DNA of 63,963 nucleotides, filler included, from a bacterium (GTDB lineage Bacteria > UBA9089 > CG2-30-40-21 > SBAY01), in assembly GCA_040757115.1 (NCBI GenBank). It is 6 parts of 6 records of this genome, joined end to end, with 100 filler letters (N's around TTAATTAATTAA, not from the genome) between each part and the next. Parts side by side here need not be neighbours in the genome. Positions count along the whole stretch, not along the records: positions 1 to 11,428 come from JBFLYA010000121.1; positions 11,529 to 22,944 come from JBFLYA010000122.1; 4 more parts are not named here. The stretch is one strand, 5' to 3'. How positions within the stretch are numbered: position 1 is the stretch's first letter; each line of letters starts with the position of its first letter. This document shows positions 8,475-20,500 of this stretch, in pieces. Under the pieces are notes generated by a model, which was not told the DNA's origin, ran no database searches, and was given only the letters and a program-made list of their open reading frames with translations. Made by a program: the position numbers and the translations under genes.

Positions 8475-8611
8475 TGTTATCTCCAATTCAGATTTAATTT
8501 ACAGAGCCGTTACAGGTGACGAATCAATAATTGTCGTAAACTGTGAAAAACATTGGTAACTGATTACCAGCTATCACCTAATCAGGAATGTATCATACAC
8601 TATTTTTATTT

Positions 8612-9622
8612 TTATGTCAAGGGAATTTTTTGAATGATAGATTTAGTCATCTGGGAGGTTGTTGAGGAACCACCTAAATCATAGGTAAGTGTTTTCCCTT
8701 CTTTAATCACCAAACCCACTGCGTTCACAATTTTTTTAGCCGCCTCTTTCTCTCCTAAATATTCAAGCATCATTGCCCCGGATAAAATACAGGCACAGGG
8801 ATTAATTTTATCTTGACCGGCATATTTAGGTGCTGAGCCATGGACAGGCTCAAAAACTGCCACACCATCTCCTATATTTGCCGAAGGGGCTAATCCTAAT
8901 CCGCCGATTAAACCGGCACATAAATCAGAAAGAATATCTCCAAACAGATTAGTCGTAACCAAGACATCATATTCCTCTGGTTTTTTCACCAATTGCATAG
9001 CCATATTATCTACAATTTTATCTTCAAATGCTATCTGGGGATATTGTTTTGCTACTTCCCTTGCCGTTTCTAAAAATAACCCACAGGTAACCTTTAAAAT
9101 GTTAGCTTTATGAATACAGGTAACCTTTTTGCGGTTATGGGCAATGGCATATTCAAAAGCAAATTTGACAATTCGTTCACTGGCTTTTTTTGAAATCACC
9201 CGAATACTTTCACCAATAGTTTTCTCTTGGTTAATGAAATGTTCGATTCCAGAATATAATCCTTGTGTATTTTCTCTAATCATCACCAGGTCGATATTTT
9301 CATATCGGCTGGGAGCTCCAACAAAAGAAACAGCTGGTCTAACCCCCGCATAGAGATTTAGTTCTTGTCTTAAAACAACATTAATACTTCTAAATCCATA
9401 GCCAACTGGGGTAGAAGTAGGTCCTTTTATGGCTACTTTGTTTTTTCTAATCGAGTCTAAAACCGCGGCAGGTAATGGTGTTTTTTCTTTCTCTAAAGCA
9501 CACTCACCGGCTAAAACCTTTTCAAATTTAATGTCAACACCAGTGGCAGACACCACATTCACCATTGCCTCAGTTATTTCTGGTCCTATCCCATCACCTG
9601 GGATTAAAGTTACATTATACAT
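8612..9622 (-). CDS. NAD-dependent isocitrate/isopropylmalate dehydrogenase family protein
   Basis: [44 protein letters not shown]; substrate not resolvable by eye. Confidence 0.92.
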   Translation of the reverse strand: MYNVTLIPGDGIGPEITEAMVNVVSATGVDIKFEKVLAGECALEKEKTPLPAAVLDSIRKNKVAIKGPTSTPVGYGFRSINVVLRQELNLYAGVRPAVSFVGAPSRYENIDLVMIRENTQGLYSGIEHFINQEKTIGESIRVISKKASERIVKFAFEYAIAHNRKKVTCIHKANILKVTCGLFLETAREVAKQYPQIAFEDKIVDNMAMQLVKKPEEYDVLVTTNLFGDILSDLCAGLIGGLGLAPSANIGDGVAVFEPVHGSAPKYAGQDKINPCACILSGAMMLEYLGEKEAAKKIVNAVGLVIKEGKTLTYDLGGSSTTSQMTKSIIQKIPLT

Positions 9623-9656
9623 TGTTTTTTTCCCCTCTCTATAGTTTTGTAATTTT

Positions 9657-9837
9657 GTAACTGTTCACCGCAGAGACACAGAGACGCAGAGAAAAAAATT
9701 AAAATCTATGGACGAGACGTAAACAGCTCATATATATTTCCATGTCTGCCTCAATAATCTTTTATGTTATCTGATTTATTTCTATGTCTTCTCTGTTCCT
9801 CTGCGTCTCTGCGGTAAAGGACTACCTGAACGGTTAC
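9657..9837. mobile_element. MITE-like element with GTAACnGTTCA termini and internal CGCAGAGAC 9-mer inverted arms
   Basis: gtaactgttcaccgcagagac...gtctctgcggt...ctgaacggttac; partial copies at 2710-2786, 36389-36420 and 45632-45698. Confidence 0.7.
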
Positions 9838-9856
9838 CAAATTCTGCTAAATTAAG

Positions 9857-10966
9857 TTAATACTGCATATCCATTCCGCCAATAACTATCCCGCCACCGG
9901 CATGAGCTCCTTTAAGTCCCAGTCTTAAATCATCAGGATAAGGTGTGGCAGAAAGTGCCTCTTCTATTGTAACCAACCCAATATTAACAACTTTAGCAAT
10001 AGCCTGGTTTAAACTTTGCATCTGCCAATAGGTTGTGGAAGATTCAATCACCTTACGGATACCGGATGTATTTCCTTTTTCGATTAAATCCTTGATTAAA
10101 GGAGAATTAATCATAATTTCAACTGCGGCAATTCTACCTTTTTCATCTTTTCTCCGCAATAATCTTTGAGAAACTACACCCAGTAAAGTCAGAGATAATT
10201 GAATTCTAACCTGGGTTTGCTGAGAAGTCGGAAAAACATCAATGATACGGTCAATTGTTTGTGTGGCATCATTAGTGTGAAGTGTTGATAAAACCAGATG
10301 ACCGGTTTCAGCGGCACTCAGCGCGGTAGACATTGTCTCAATATCACGCATCTCACCGATTAAAAGCACATCCGGGTCCTGACGAAGTGCTCGCCGTAAT
10401 GCCTCACGAAAACTTTTCGTATCAACATCTAATTCGCGTTGGTCAATCGTGCTTTTATCATCACGATGTAAAAATTCTATTGGGTCTTCTATGGTAATTA
10501 TGTGACAATTACGATTTTTATTAACAAAACCCACCATTGCCGCTAATGTTGTGGATTTTCCACTTCCAGTAGGCCCGGTGACTAATATCAACCCTTGTGG
10601 TTTGGCAACTAAATTTTTTATAACAGGTGGTAAGCCTAATTGCTCTACAGTCGGAATCTCGTAAGGAACAGCTCGAATAATACAACCTATCACACCACGC
10701 TGTTTAAACACATTTACCCTGAATCGAGCCACACCTGGTAAACTGTATGAAAAATCGATATCCAGATTCTCTACGAATTTCTTAATCTGCTCCTGATTCA
10801 TCATACTATAAACTAAATTCATCACATCCTCAGGACCAAGTTTTGGTAAATCAGTTGGGGTTAATATGCCCGCAATTCTAATAAGTGGAGGTCTGGCTAC
10901 CTTTAAATATAAATCAGATGCGTGTCGTTCTACTAACATCTTTAATAATTCTGGCATCTTTAACAT
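9857..10966 (-). CDS. pilT: Type IV pilus retraction ATPase, PilT/PilU family
   Basis: TGPTGSGKST, TIEDPIEF, RQDPDVLLIGEMRD, TLHTNDA. Confidence 0.88.
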   Translation of the reverse strand: MLKMPELLKMLVERHASDLYLKVARPPLIRIAGILTPTDLPKLGPEDVMNLVYSMMNQEQIKKFVENLDIDFSYSLPGVARFRVNVFKQRGVIGCIIRAVPYEIPTVEQLGLPPVIKNLVAKPQGLILVTGPTGSGKSTTLAAMVGFVNKNRNCHIITIEDPIEFLHRDDKSTIDQRELDVDTKSFREALRRALRQDPDVLLIGEMRDIETMSTALSAAETGHLVLSTLHTNDATQTIDRIIDVFPTSQQTQVRIQLSLTLLGVVSQRLLRRKDEKGRIAAVEIMINSPLIKDLIEKGNTSGIRKVIESSTTYWQMQSLNQAIAKVVNIGLVTIEEALSATPYPDDLRLGLKGAHAGGGIVIGGMDMQY

Positions 10967-10998
10967 TGTTTTTAATTCTCCCTTCTTAATTCATAGAT

Positions 10999-11300
10999 TA
11001 GAGTTCTGCAAAACCAGGAAACTGTAGTTTTTAAGCGGGTATTTAAAACCTCTATTTTATCAATTCTCTCCAAATATCAAAATGCAAAACTCGTTTATAG
11101 TTTATAGTGTATAGTGTATGGTTTATAGTTTATGGTTTATAGTCCTTCAACTATAAACTATCTACTATCAACTATCAACTAAAAATTATCTCTTCCCTTT
11201 CAGCGTTAAAATACTTGAAGCAAAGATATTACCAATTTGAAATTTGATTTGTAATTTTGCATTTTGATATTTATATTTGATATTTGATATTTAATATTTA
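10999..11300. mobile_element. Degenerate MITE family C copy carrying a nested heptamer hairpin (11093-11180)
   Basis: TAGAGTTCTGCAAAACCAGGAAACTG start and internal block shared with 49647-49914; interrupted by the same GTTTATA/TATAAAC hairpin as 5048-5158. Confidence 0.8.
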
Positions 11301-11308
11301 ATTGCTAC

Positions 11309-11423
11309 ATAGCATAACATCGTGCACCCTATTTTAATACAAATTTATAGCAGGACATCGTGCACTCTCACCCCATGGGGTGAGCGAAATTCTAATCCTC
11401 AAAAATAGCAGGACATCGTGCAC
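11309..11423 (+). repeat. Three 19-bp direct repeats ATAGCAGGACATCGTGCAC with an 18-bp perfect palindrome
   Basis: Copies at 11309 (2 mismatches), 11347 and 11405; CTCACCCCATGGGGTGAG at 11367-11384; runs into the contig end. Confidence 0.8.
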
Positions 11424-11428
11424 CTTAC

Positions 11429-11528
11429 NNNNNNNNNNNNNNNNNNNNNNNNNNNNNNNNNNNNNNNNNNNNTTAATTAATTAANNNNNNNNNNNNNNNN
11501 NNNNNNNNNNNNNNNNNNNNNNNNNNNN
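11429..11528. other. Artificial contig linker (also 22945-23044, 34204-34303, 45302-45401, 56398-56497)
   Basis: N-run + TTAATTAATTAA (stops in six frames) + N-run. Successive internal contig lengths 11416, 11159, 10998 and 10996 fall monotonically. Confidence 0.95.
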
Positions 11529-11529
11529 T

Positions 11530-14500
11530 GGGACAGTAGGGAGTAAAGTAACTGTTTTTGGTAATGATTTTGCTGGCACAGAAGGGATAGTGATTAGTTT
11601 TGGGATAACTCCGAGTATTATTACGAGTACGACTAATGCCTCTGGAACATTTACAATAGTCTTTACGGTAAATACACAAGCAGGATGTGGGAGTGTAACG
11701 ATAAAAGTTAAGGGATTAAAATCTAATCTTGAGGTAATGGATAAATTTATGATTTCAGGGAACATTAGTTTGATTACGCCTAATTGTGGAACAGTAGGGA
11801 GTATGGTGACTGTCTCTGGCAATGGATTTGGGGCATTGGAGTCAATAACTATTGGATTTGGTATCAATCCTGCGATTACAGTTGTTTCTACCAATGATTA
11901 TGGGACATTTTCCACAGTCTTTACCGTAGATAAACAGGCGGGATGTGGCACGGTAACGGTTAGTGCCAAAGGCAGTCATTGTGAGGCATTTAGTAAGTTT
12001 GTGATTTTGCCAAGGATAATTGAGGTTAATCCGTCATCAGGCACAGTTGGGACTTCGGTAACCGTAAGTGGCGATGGATTTGGGGCAAATGAGGAGATAG
12101 TCATAGATTTTGGTGTCAATCCAAGTATAACCACAACGCAAACAGATGGGCAGGGTGGATTTATTGTTGTCTTTACCGTAGATAAGCAGGCAGGATGTGG
12201 CACAGTAACGGTTAGTGCCAAAGGCAGTCATTGTGAGGCATATAGTCCGTTTGTGATTTTGCCAAGGATAATTGAGGTTAATCCGTCATCAGGCACAGTT
12301 GGGAGTTCGGTCACTGTGAGTGGCGATGGATTTGGTGCAAATGAGAAAATAGTCATAGATTTTGGTGTCAATCCAAGTATAGCCACAACCCAGACAGATG
12401 GCCAGGGTGGATTTAGTGTCATATTTACCGTAGATAAGCAGGCGGGATGTGGCACAGTAACGGTTAGTGCCAAAGGCAGTCATTGTGAGGCATTTAGTAA
12501 GTTTGTGATTTTGCCGAGGATAATTGAGGTTAATCCGTCATCAGGCACAGTTGGGACTTCGGTAACTGTGAGTGGCGATGGATTTGGTGCAAATGAGAAA
12601 ATAGTCATAGATTTTGGTGTCAATCCAAGTATAGCCACAACCCAGACAGATGGCCAGGGTGGATTTAGTGTCATATTTACCGTAGATAAGCAGGCGGGAT
12701 GTGGCACGGTAACGGTTAGTGCCAGAGGCAGTCATTGTGAGGCATATAGTCCGTTTGTGATTTTGCCAAGGATAATTGAGGTTAATCCGTCATCAGGCAC
12801 AGTGGGGACTTCGGTAACCGTGAGTGGCGATGGATTTGGGGCAAATGAAGTAATAATCATAGATTTTGGTGTCAATCCGAATATAGCCACAACCCAGACA
12901 GATGGCCAGGGTGGATTTATTGTTGTCTTTACCGTAGATAAACAGGCTGGATGCGGCACGGTAACGGTTAGTGCCAGAGGCAGTCATTGTGAGGCATATA
13001 GTCCGTTTGTGATTTTGCCAAGGATAATTGCGGTTAATCCGTCATCAGGCACAGTGGGAACTTCGGTAACTGTGAATGGCGATGGATTTGGGGCAAATGA
13101 AGTAATAATCATAGATTTTGGTGTCAATCCAAGTATAGCCACAACGCAGACAGATGGCCAGGGTGGATTTATCGTTGTCTTTACCGTAGATAAACAGGCA
13201 GGATGTGGCACAGTAACGGTTAGTGCCAAAGGCAGTCATTGTGAGGCATTTAGTCCGTTTGTGATTTTGCCAAGGATAATTGAGGTTAATCCGTCATCAG
13301 GCACAGTGGGAACTTCGGTCACTGTGAATGGCGATGGATTCGGGGCAAATGAAGTAATAATCATAGATTTTGGTATCAATCCAAGTATAGCCACAACCCA
13401 GACAGATGGTGATGGTGGATTTATTGTTGTCTTTACCGTAGATAAGCAGGCAGGATGTGGCACAGTAACGGTTAGTGCCAAAGGCAGTCATTGTGAGGCA
13501 TATAGTCCGTTTGTGATTTTGCCAAGGATAATTGAGGTTAATCCGTCATCAGGCACAGTTGGGAGTTCAGTAACCGTGAGTGGCGACGGATTTGGGGCAA
13601 ATGAAGTAATAATCATAGATTTTGGTGTCAATCCGAGTATAGCCACAACGCAGACAGATGGCGATGGTGGATTTAGTATTGTCTTTACCGTAGATAAGCA
13701 GGCGGGATGTGGCACGGTAACGGTTAGTGCCAAAGGCAGTCATTGTGAGGCATATAGTCCGTTTGTGATTTTGCCGAGGATAATTGCGGTTAATCCGTCA
13801 TCAGGCACAGTTGGAACTTCGGTCACCGTGAGTGGCGATGGATTTGGGGCAAATGAAGTAATAATCATAGATTTTGGTATCAATCCAAGTATAGCCACAA
13901 CCCAGACAGATGGCAAGGGTGGATTTATTGTTGTCTTTACGGTAGATAAGCAGGCGGGATGTGGCACAGTAACGGTTAGTGCCAGAGGCAGTCATTGTGA
14001 GGCATTTAGTCCGTTTGTGATTTTGCCGAGGATAATTGCGGTTAATCCGTTATCAGGCACAGTGGGGAGTTCGGTAACTGTGAGTGGCGATGGATTTGGG
14101 GCAAATGAAGAGATAGTCATAGATTTAGGTGTCAATCCGAATATAGCCACAACCCAGACAGATGGCAAGGGTGGATTTATTGTTGTCTTTACGGTAGATA
14201 AGCAGGCGGGATGTGGCACAGTGACGGTTAGTGCCAGAGGCAGTCATTGTGAGGCATATAGTCCGTTTGTGATTTTGCCGAGGATAATTGAGGTTAATCC
14301 GTCATCAGGCACAGTGGGGAGTTCGGTAACTGTGAATGGCGATGGATTTGGGGCAAATGAAGTAATAATCATAGATTTTGGTGTCAATCCAAGTATAGCC
14401 ACAACGCAGACAGATGGCAAGGGTGGATTTATTGTTGTCTTTACGGTAGATAAGCAGGCGGGATGTGGCACGGTAACGGTTAGTGCCAGAGGCAGTCATT

Positions 14501-17500
14501 GTGAGGCATATAGTCCGTTTGTGATTTTGCCAAGGATAATTGAGGTTAATCCGTCATCAGGCACAGTGGGGAGTTCGGTAACGGTGAATGGCGATGGATT
14601 TGGGGCAAATGAGGAGATAGTCATAGATTTAGGTGTCAATCCGAATATAGCCACAACGCAGACAGATGGCAAGGGTGGATTTATTGTTGTCTTTACCGTA
14701 GATAAGCAGGCGGGATGTGGCACGGTGACGGTTAGTGCCAGAGGCAGTCATTGTGAGGCATTTAGTCCGTTTGTGATTTTGCCAGGGATAATTGGGGTTA
14801 ATCCGTCATCAGGCACAGTGGGAACTTCGGTAACGGTGAATGGCGATGGATTTGGGGCAAATGAAGTAATAATCATAGATTTTGGTGTCAATCCAAGTAT
14901 AGCCATAACGCAGACAGATGGCCAGGGTGGATTTATTGTTGTCTTTACCGTAGATAAGCAGGCAGGATGTGGCACAGTAACGGTTAGTGCCAGAGGCAGT
15001 CATTGTGAGGCATATAGTCCGTTTGTGATTTTGCCAAGGATAATTGGGGTTAATCCGTCATCAGGCACAGTGGGAACTTCGGTAACTGTGAATGGCGATG
15101 GATTTGGGGCAAATGAAGTAATAATCATAGATTTTGGTGTCAATCCAAGTATAGCCACAACGCAGACAGATGGCCAGGGTGGATTTAGTATTGTCTTTAC
15201 CGTAGATAAGCAGGCGGGATGTGGCACAGTAACGGTTAGTGCCAGAGGCAGTCATTGTGAGGCATTTAGTCCGTTTGTGATTTTGCCAAGGATAATTGAG
15301 GTTAATCCGTCATCAGGCACAGTTGGGAGTTCAGTAACCGTGAGTGGCGATGGATTTGGGGCAAATGAAGTAATAACCATAGATTTTGGTGTCAATCCAA
15401 GTATAGCCACAACGCAGACAGATGGCCAGGGTGGATTTATTGTTGTCTTTACCGTAGATAAGCAGGCAGGATGTGGCACAGTAACGGTTAGTGCCAGAGG
15501 CAGTCATTGTGAGGCATATAGTCCGTTTGTGATTTTGCCGAGGATAATTGAGGTTAATCCGTCATCAGGCACAGTGGGGAGTTCGGTAACCGTGAGTGGC
15601 GATGGATTTGGGGCAAATGAAGTAATAATCATAGATTTTGGTGTCAATCCAAGTATAGCCACAACCCAGACAGATGGCCAGGGTGGATTTAGTGTTGTCT
15701 TTACGGTAGATAAGCAGGCGGGATGCGGCACAGTAACGGTTAGTGCCAGAGGCAGTCATTGTGAGGCATATAGTCCGTTTGTGATTTTGCCGAGGATAAT
15801 TGAGGTTAATCCGTCATCAGGCACGATAGGAACCGTGATAACAGTAAGCGGTAATGGTTTTGGAAGTTTTGATTCGATAATAATTGGTTTTGGGAGAAAT
15901 CCAACTATTACAACAACGATAAGTGATAATTGGGGAGTATTCTCTACTTCCTTTACTATTGATACTCAACCCAGTGGGACTACGACTGTTAAGGCTAAAG
16001 GGACACATTGTGAGGCAGAAAGTAGTTTTCTGCTTATTGCCTCAGACCTATGGCTAAAGAAATCAAATCCTGCCGGTATTTTACGAAGTGGAACATTGAC
16101 CTACACTATTTCCTACGGTAATAAAGGCAATTTAGCAATCGGTAGTGTTACTATAACAGATTTGATTGGTACCTCACTTGGAACTTTATCACATACTTAT
16201 CTCTGGTCTAATTTTGGTACCCCAACTATTGTTGATGGTTACTATTTTAGTTGGGATATTGGTACATTGACACCGGGAACAACAGGTATTTTGATATTCA
16301 AGATTATACCTGCAAGACAACTTCCTGCCAGTTCAACTATATACAATACTGTCTGGATTACTACTACTCCAGAAGATTTTGATACAACTAATAATATTGC
16401 TACCTGTACTACTCATATCCTACTCATTGATTTAGTAATCAGTAAATATGGTCCTGCAAAAGTAATTAGTGGCAAAGAGATGATTTATCAGATTAATTAT
16501 GATAATTGTGGTAATAAAGCAGTTGGAGATGTGGTTATTTGTGACACCTTACCAGGAAGTGTAACCTTTGTAAGTAGTTCTGTGACACCAGGTACTTTTA
16601 CTAATGGAGTCTTAACCTGGGAGATAGGAACAGTTACACCATGGAGTCATGGCAGTTTTACCATAACTGTAAAGGTAGATGATTTAGATGGTTCAATGAC
16701 CTTGACCAATGTAGTGAAGATTATCTCTACCTCTACTGTGGATAATAATCCTGATAATAATCAGGCTACCTGGACAACCCATGTGACAAAACCTATACTG
16801 GATTTATGGATTGAAAAGAAAGGACCACAAGAAATCGTCTCAGGAGACCTTATCACTTATCAGATTAGTTATGATAACTCAGGTAATACCCCTGCGGGTA
16901 ATGTAATTATTAAAGATGTACTTCCTAAATTTACAAATTATGCAACTAATACTGTTTTAGGCACTCCTACAATTACTTATGGAACACTTACTATTCTCGA
17001 ATGGAATATAGGTACAGTTTCCCCTGCAAGTTATGGATACTTTGAATTAACAGTAAAGACAGTAAAAGAAAGTGAAGAGGTGACTAATATAACTAATGTA
17101 ATTGAGATTAGTACTTCAACCATCGAGAGTAATTTTGCTAATAATCGTGCTACATGGACTACAAAACTTATATCAAAAGAGATTGATTTAGAAATCTACA
17201 AGCAATCTGCAAAAGATGAAATACCTGCGGGTGAGGAGATGATGTATTATATTAAATATCGTAATTTGAGCAATATCACTGTTACAGGTGTAATGATTAC
17301 TGATGTACTTCCTGGTAGTGTAACCTTTGTTTCAAGCACACCAGTTCCGAGTGGCACTTCAGCACAAGGCTTAATATGGAATATTGGGACGATTAGTGCA
17401 GGGTATGAAGGATATATTGATTTGAAGGTAAGGATAGGAGCGGATATACCTGCTTCTAAGACATTAACTAATGTTGCTACGATTACCTGTGACTATAAAG

Positions 17501-20500
17501 ATGGTGATATTACCAACAATCTGGCTACTGCGACTACTCATGTTATAACTCCAATAGCTAATATGGTAGTTAGAAAATATGGAATAATAGAAGTGGCTGC
17601 AGGAGAGGAGATGGAATATCAAATATTATATTATAACCAGGGTAATGCAACTGCAAAAGATGTATCTATGCGTGATATTCTGCCGACAGGAGTAACTTAT
17701 GCTACTGATACAAGCGGTATTAAGGCTACTGTTACTGGTACAGAGGTTAGTTGGAACATAGGCTCAGTACCACCAGGTACTGGTAGTCAATTTACTATGA
17801 TTGTTTTAGTTGGTACTTCTACATTAGGTACTTTGACCAATGTAGTTGAAATTTATCAGAAAGGGACATTGAACAGTCGTGCTACATGGACTACACAGAG
17901 CTACTTAGCAGAAGTTGATTTGAGTATATATAAATGTTCACCAGAGGAGGTTAAACCGGGTGAAGAATTGAGTTATTGGATAAATTATGCTAATAATGGA
18001 AATGTAGAGGCGGGAAGTGTTACTATTAATGATATATTGTCTGAAGATGTAGAATTTGTAAACAGTAGTCTGGGTACTCCTACTACTATCAATAATAACA
18101 AATTAACATGGAATATAAATACAATTCCACCAGGTTCACATAGCTCTTTTATACTCAAGGTAAAGGTAAAAGATGATGTTCCTGGGTCTACTACTTTGAT
18201 TAATGTAGTTGAAATTGCATTTGTAGGTACTGATACTGATTATACTAATAATCGTGCAACTGTAACTACACATGTAGTTGTCCCAGCAATTGATTTGATG
18301 ATTCGTAAATTTGTACCTTCTTCTGCAGCTCCTGCTCAGATATTAACTTATGATATTTCATACCGCAATATAGGCAATGCACAGGCTACTAATGTAATTA
18401 TTACAGATATTTTACCTGAAGGTGTACAATATGCAACGGATACGAGTGGTCTACCAGTAGATATTCAACCAGGAGTAATCACATGGCAGGTAGGGATTTT
18501 ACCTAAATCATATTTATGGAAATCATTTAAGATGAGTGTTTTGGTAGGAGATTTACCAGCTTCTACTACACTAACTAATGTCATCAAGATTGATGGCTGG
18601 GGTGATGAAATTAATCCTGTAAATAATCAGGCAACGGTGACCACTCATATTACCAGACCTGTCACTGACTTAAAGATTCATAAGAAAGGTAATAAACAGG
18701 TTATTGCAGGAGATGAGATAATTTATGATATTGGGTATAGAAATATTGGCAATATCCCGGCCCTGGATGTAAAGATTATTGATACCTTGCCTGCAGGGGT
18801 AAGTTATGCCACAGATACAAGTGGATTTCCATTGATTATTACAGGAAATAGGCTTACCTGGTTGGTGGGAACATTAGCGAGTAGTGGTGGTGGCAGATTC
18901 AGATTAATTGCTGATGTCCACCCGGAAATACAAGGTTCATCTTCGCTGACTAATTTAATTGAAATTACCTCTATTACCAATGAGGAAAACCTGAGTGATA
19001 ATCAGAGCACATGGACAACTCATGTTGTTCCTCCAATAATTGATTTAAGGGTATATAAATGGGGTCCAAAGAAGGTCACCAGCGGTAAAAAAATTAAGTA
19101 TAGAATTAATTATGGTAATAATGGAAATGTTGAGGTAAGGAATGTCCATCTTATTGATACCCTACCTGAAGGAGTAGATTTTGTTGCGGATGATAGCGGG
19201 TTACCATACACGATTATTGGCAGAGAAGTTAAGTGGGAAATAACAAGTTTGCCAAAACATACACACCGGACATTTATATTAATTGGGCGAGTAAGTGGTG
19301 TCGCGGCTTCTTCGACTTTATCTAATAAAATTGAGATTACTCTATTACCACAAGATATTAGACCAGAGAATAATTCTTTTATCGTTAGAACACATGTTGT
19401 TGACCCACGGGCAGACCTGATTATTCGTAAACAGGGCACTGGAGCAAGACCTGGACATGAAAAGACTTATTATATTACCTACTGGAATGATGGAACAGCT
19501 CGTGCCGATAATCTCAGAATTGTTGATTATTTACCTCGTGAAGTAATCTATGTTTCCAGCTCTCCTGAAGCCAGTTATGATTCTATAAATCACACGGTCT
19601 CGTGGAATATCCCTGCATTAGAACCTGATGAGCTGGGTAATTGCCAGATAAAGGTTAATGTCCTGACAAATCTTGAGCCGGGAACTCAATTACGCAATGA
19701 AGTGGTAATTACAACAACGACACCTGAAAGTAATTATAAGAATAATAAAGATATCGATACTGAACCAATAGTGAGTGCGGTTGACCCGAATGATAAATTA
19801 GTCAGCCCACAGTGGTATGTTGGTGGTGGTGGTGAATTAAATTATAAGATTAGATTTGAGAATGTGCCCGTAGAATATGGAACACATGCTATAGATATTA
19901 CCATTACCGATAATCTTGATACAATATTTGACCGCTCAACATTACAATGGGGTGAAATAAGTGTTGGAGAAGGGACATATACCGTAGAAAATTACAATCG
20001 TGGCTCACTTACTTATAGTTATGACCAGACAACCGGTTTAATAAGATGGGAATTTAAAGGGATAAACCTTATGCCCAATACTACACCGCCTGTTGGAGAA
20101 GGATATGTTAGTTTCAAGGTCAAAGCGACTAATACCCTTTCTTCCGGCACAGAAGTTAGAAATAAAGCCAGTATTATCTTTGATTTTGCTGACCCAATAG
20201 AAACACCAACCTCAACAACAGTAGTTGACCTTAATGTGCCGAGTTCAAAAGTTAATACCTTATCGCCATATCAGACTTCAACAACATTCCTGGTAAGCTG
20301 GATTGGACAGGATACAGTGGGCACAATAAGTTACTACACGATTTATGTCTCTGAAAACAATGGGTCGTATACCTGCTGGTTAAATGGCACAAGGGCAGTT
20401 TCTGCGGACTTTAAAGGTGTGTATGGCAATAGCTATGCGTTTTATAGTCTTGCCGAGGATACTGTCTGGCAAGTGGAATCACCACCTGCTCAACCAGATG

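Noticed and set aside
11309-11423. Sigma54 promoters (GTGCACG..TGC on the minus strand)
   Set aside because: The invariant GG is absent and the -24/-12 spacing is one base too long.
12010-15789. CRISPR array
   Set aside because: Contiguous in-frame coding repeats with no unique spacers.
11976-16008. Series of 64-81 aa minus-strand ORFs
   Set aside because: Antisense shadows of the 252-bp coding repeats.
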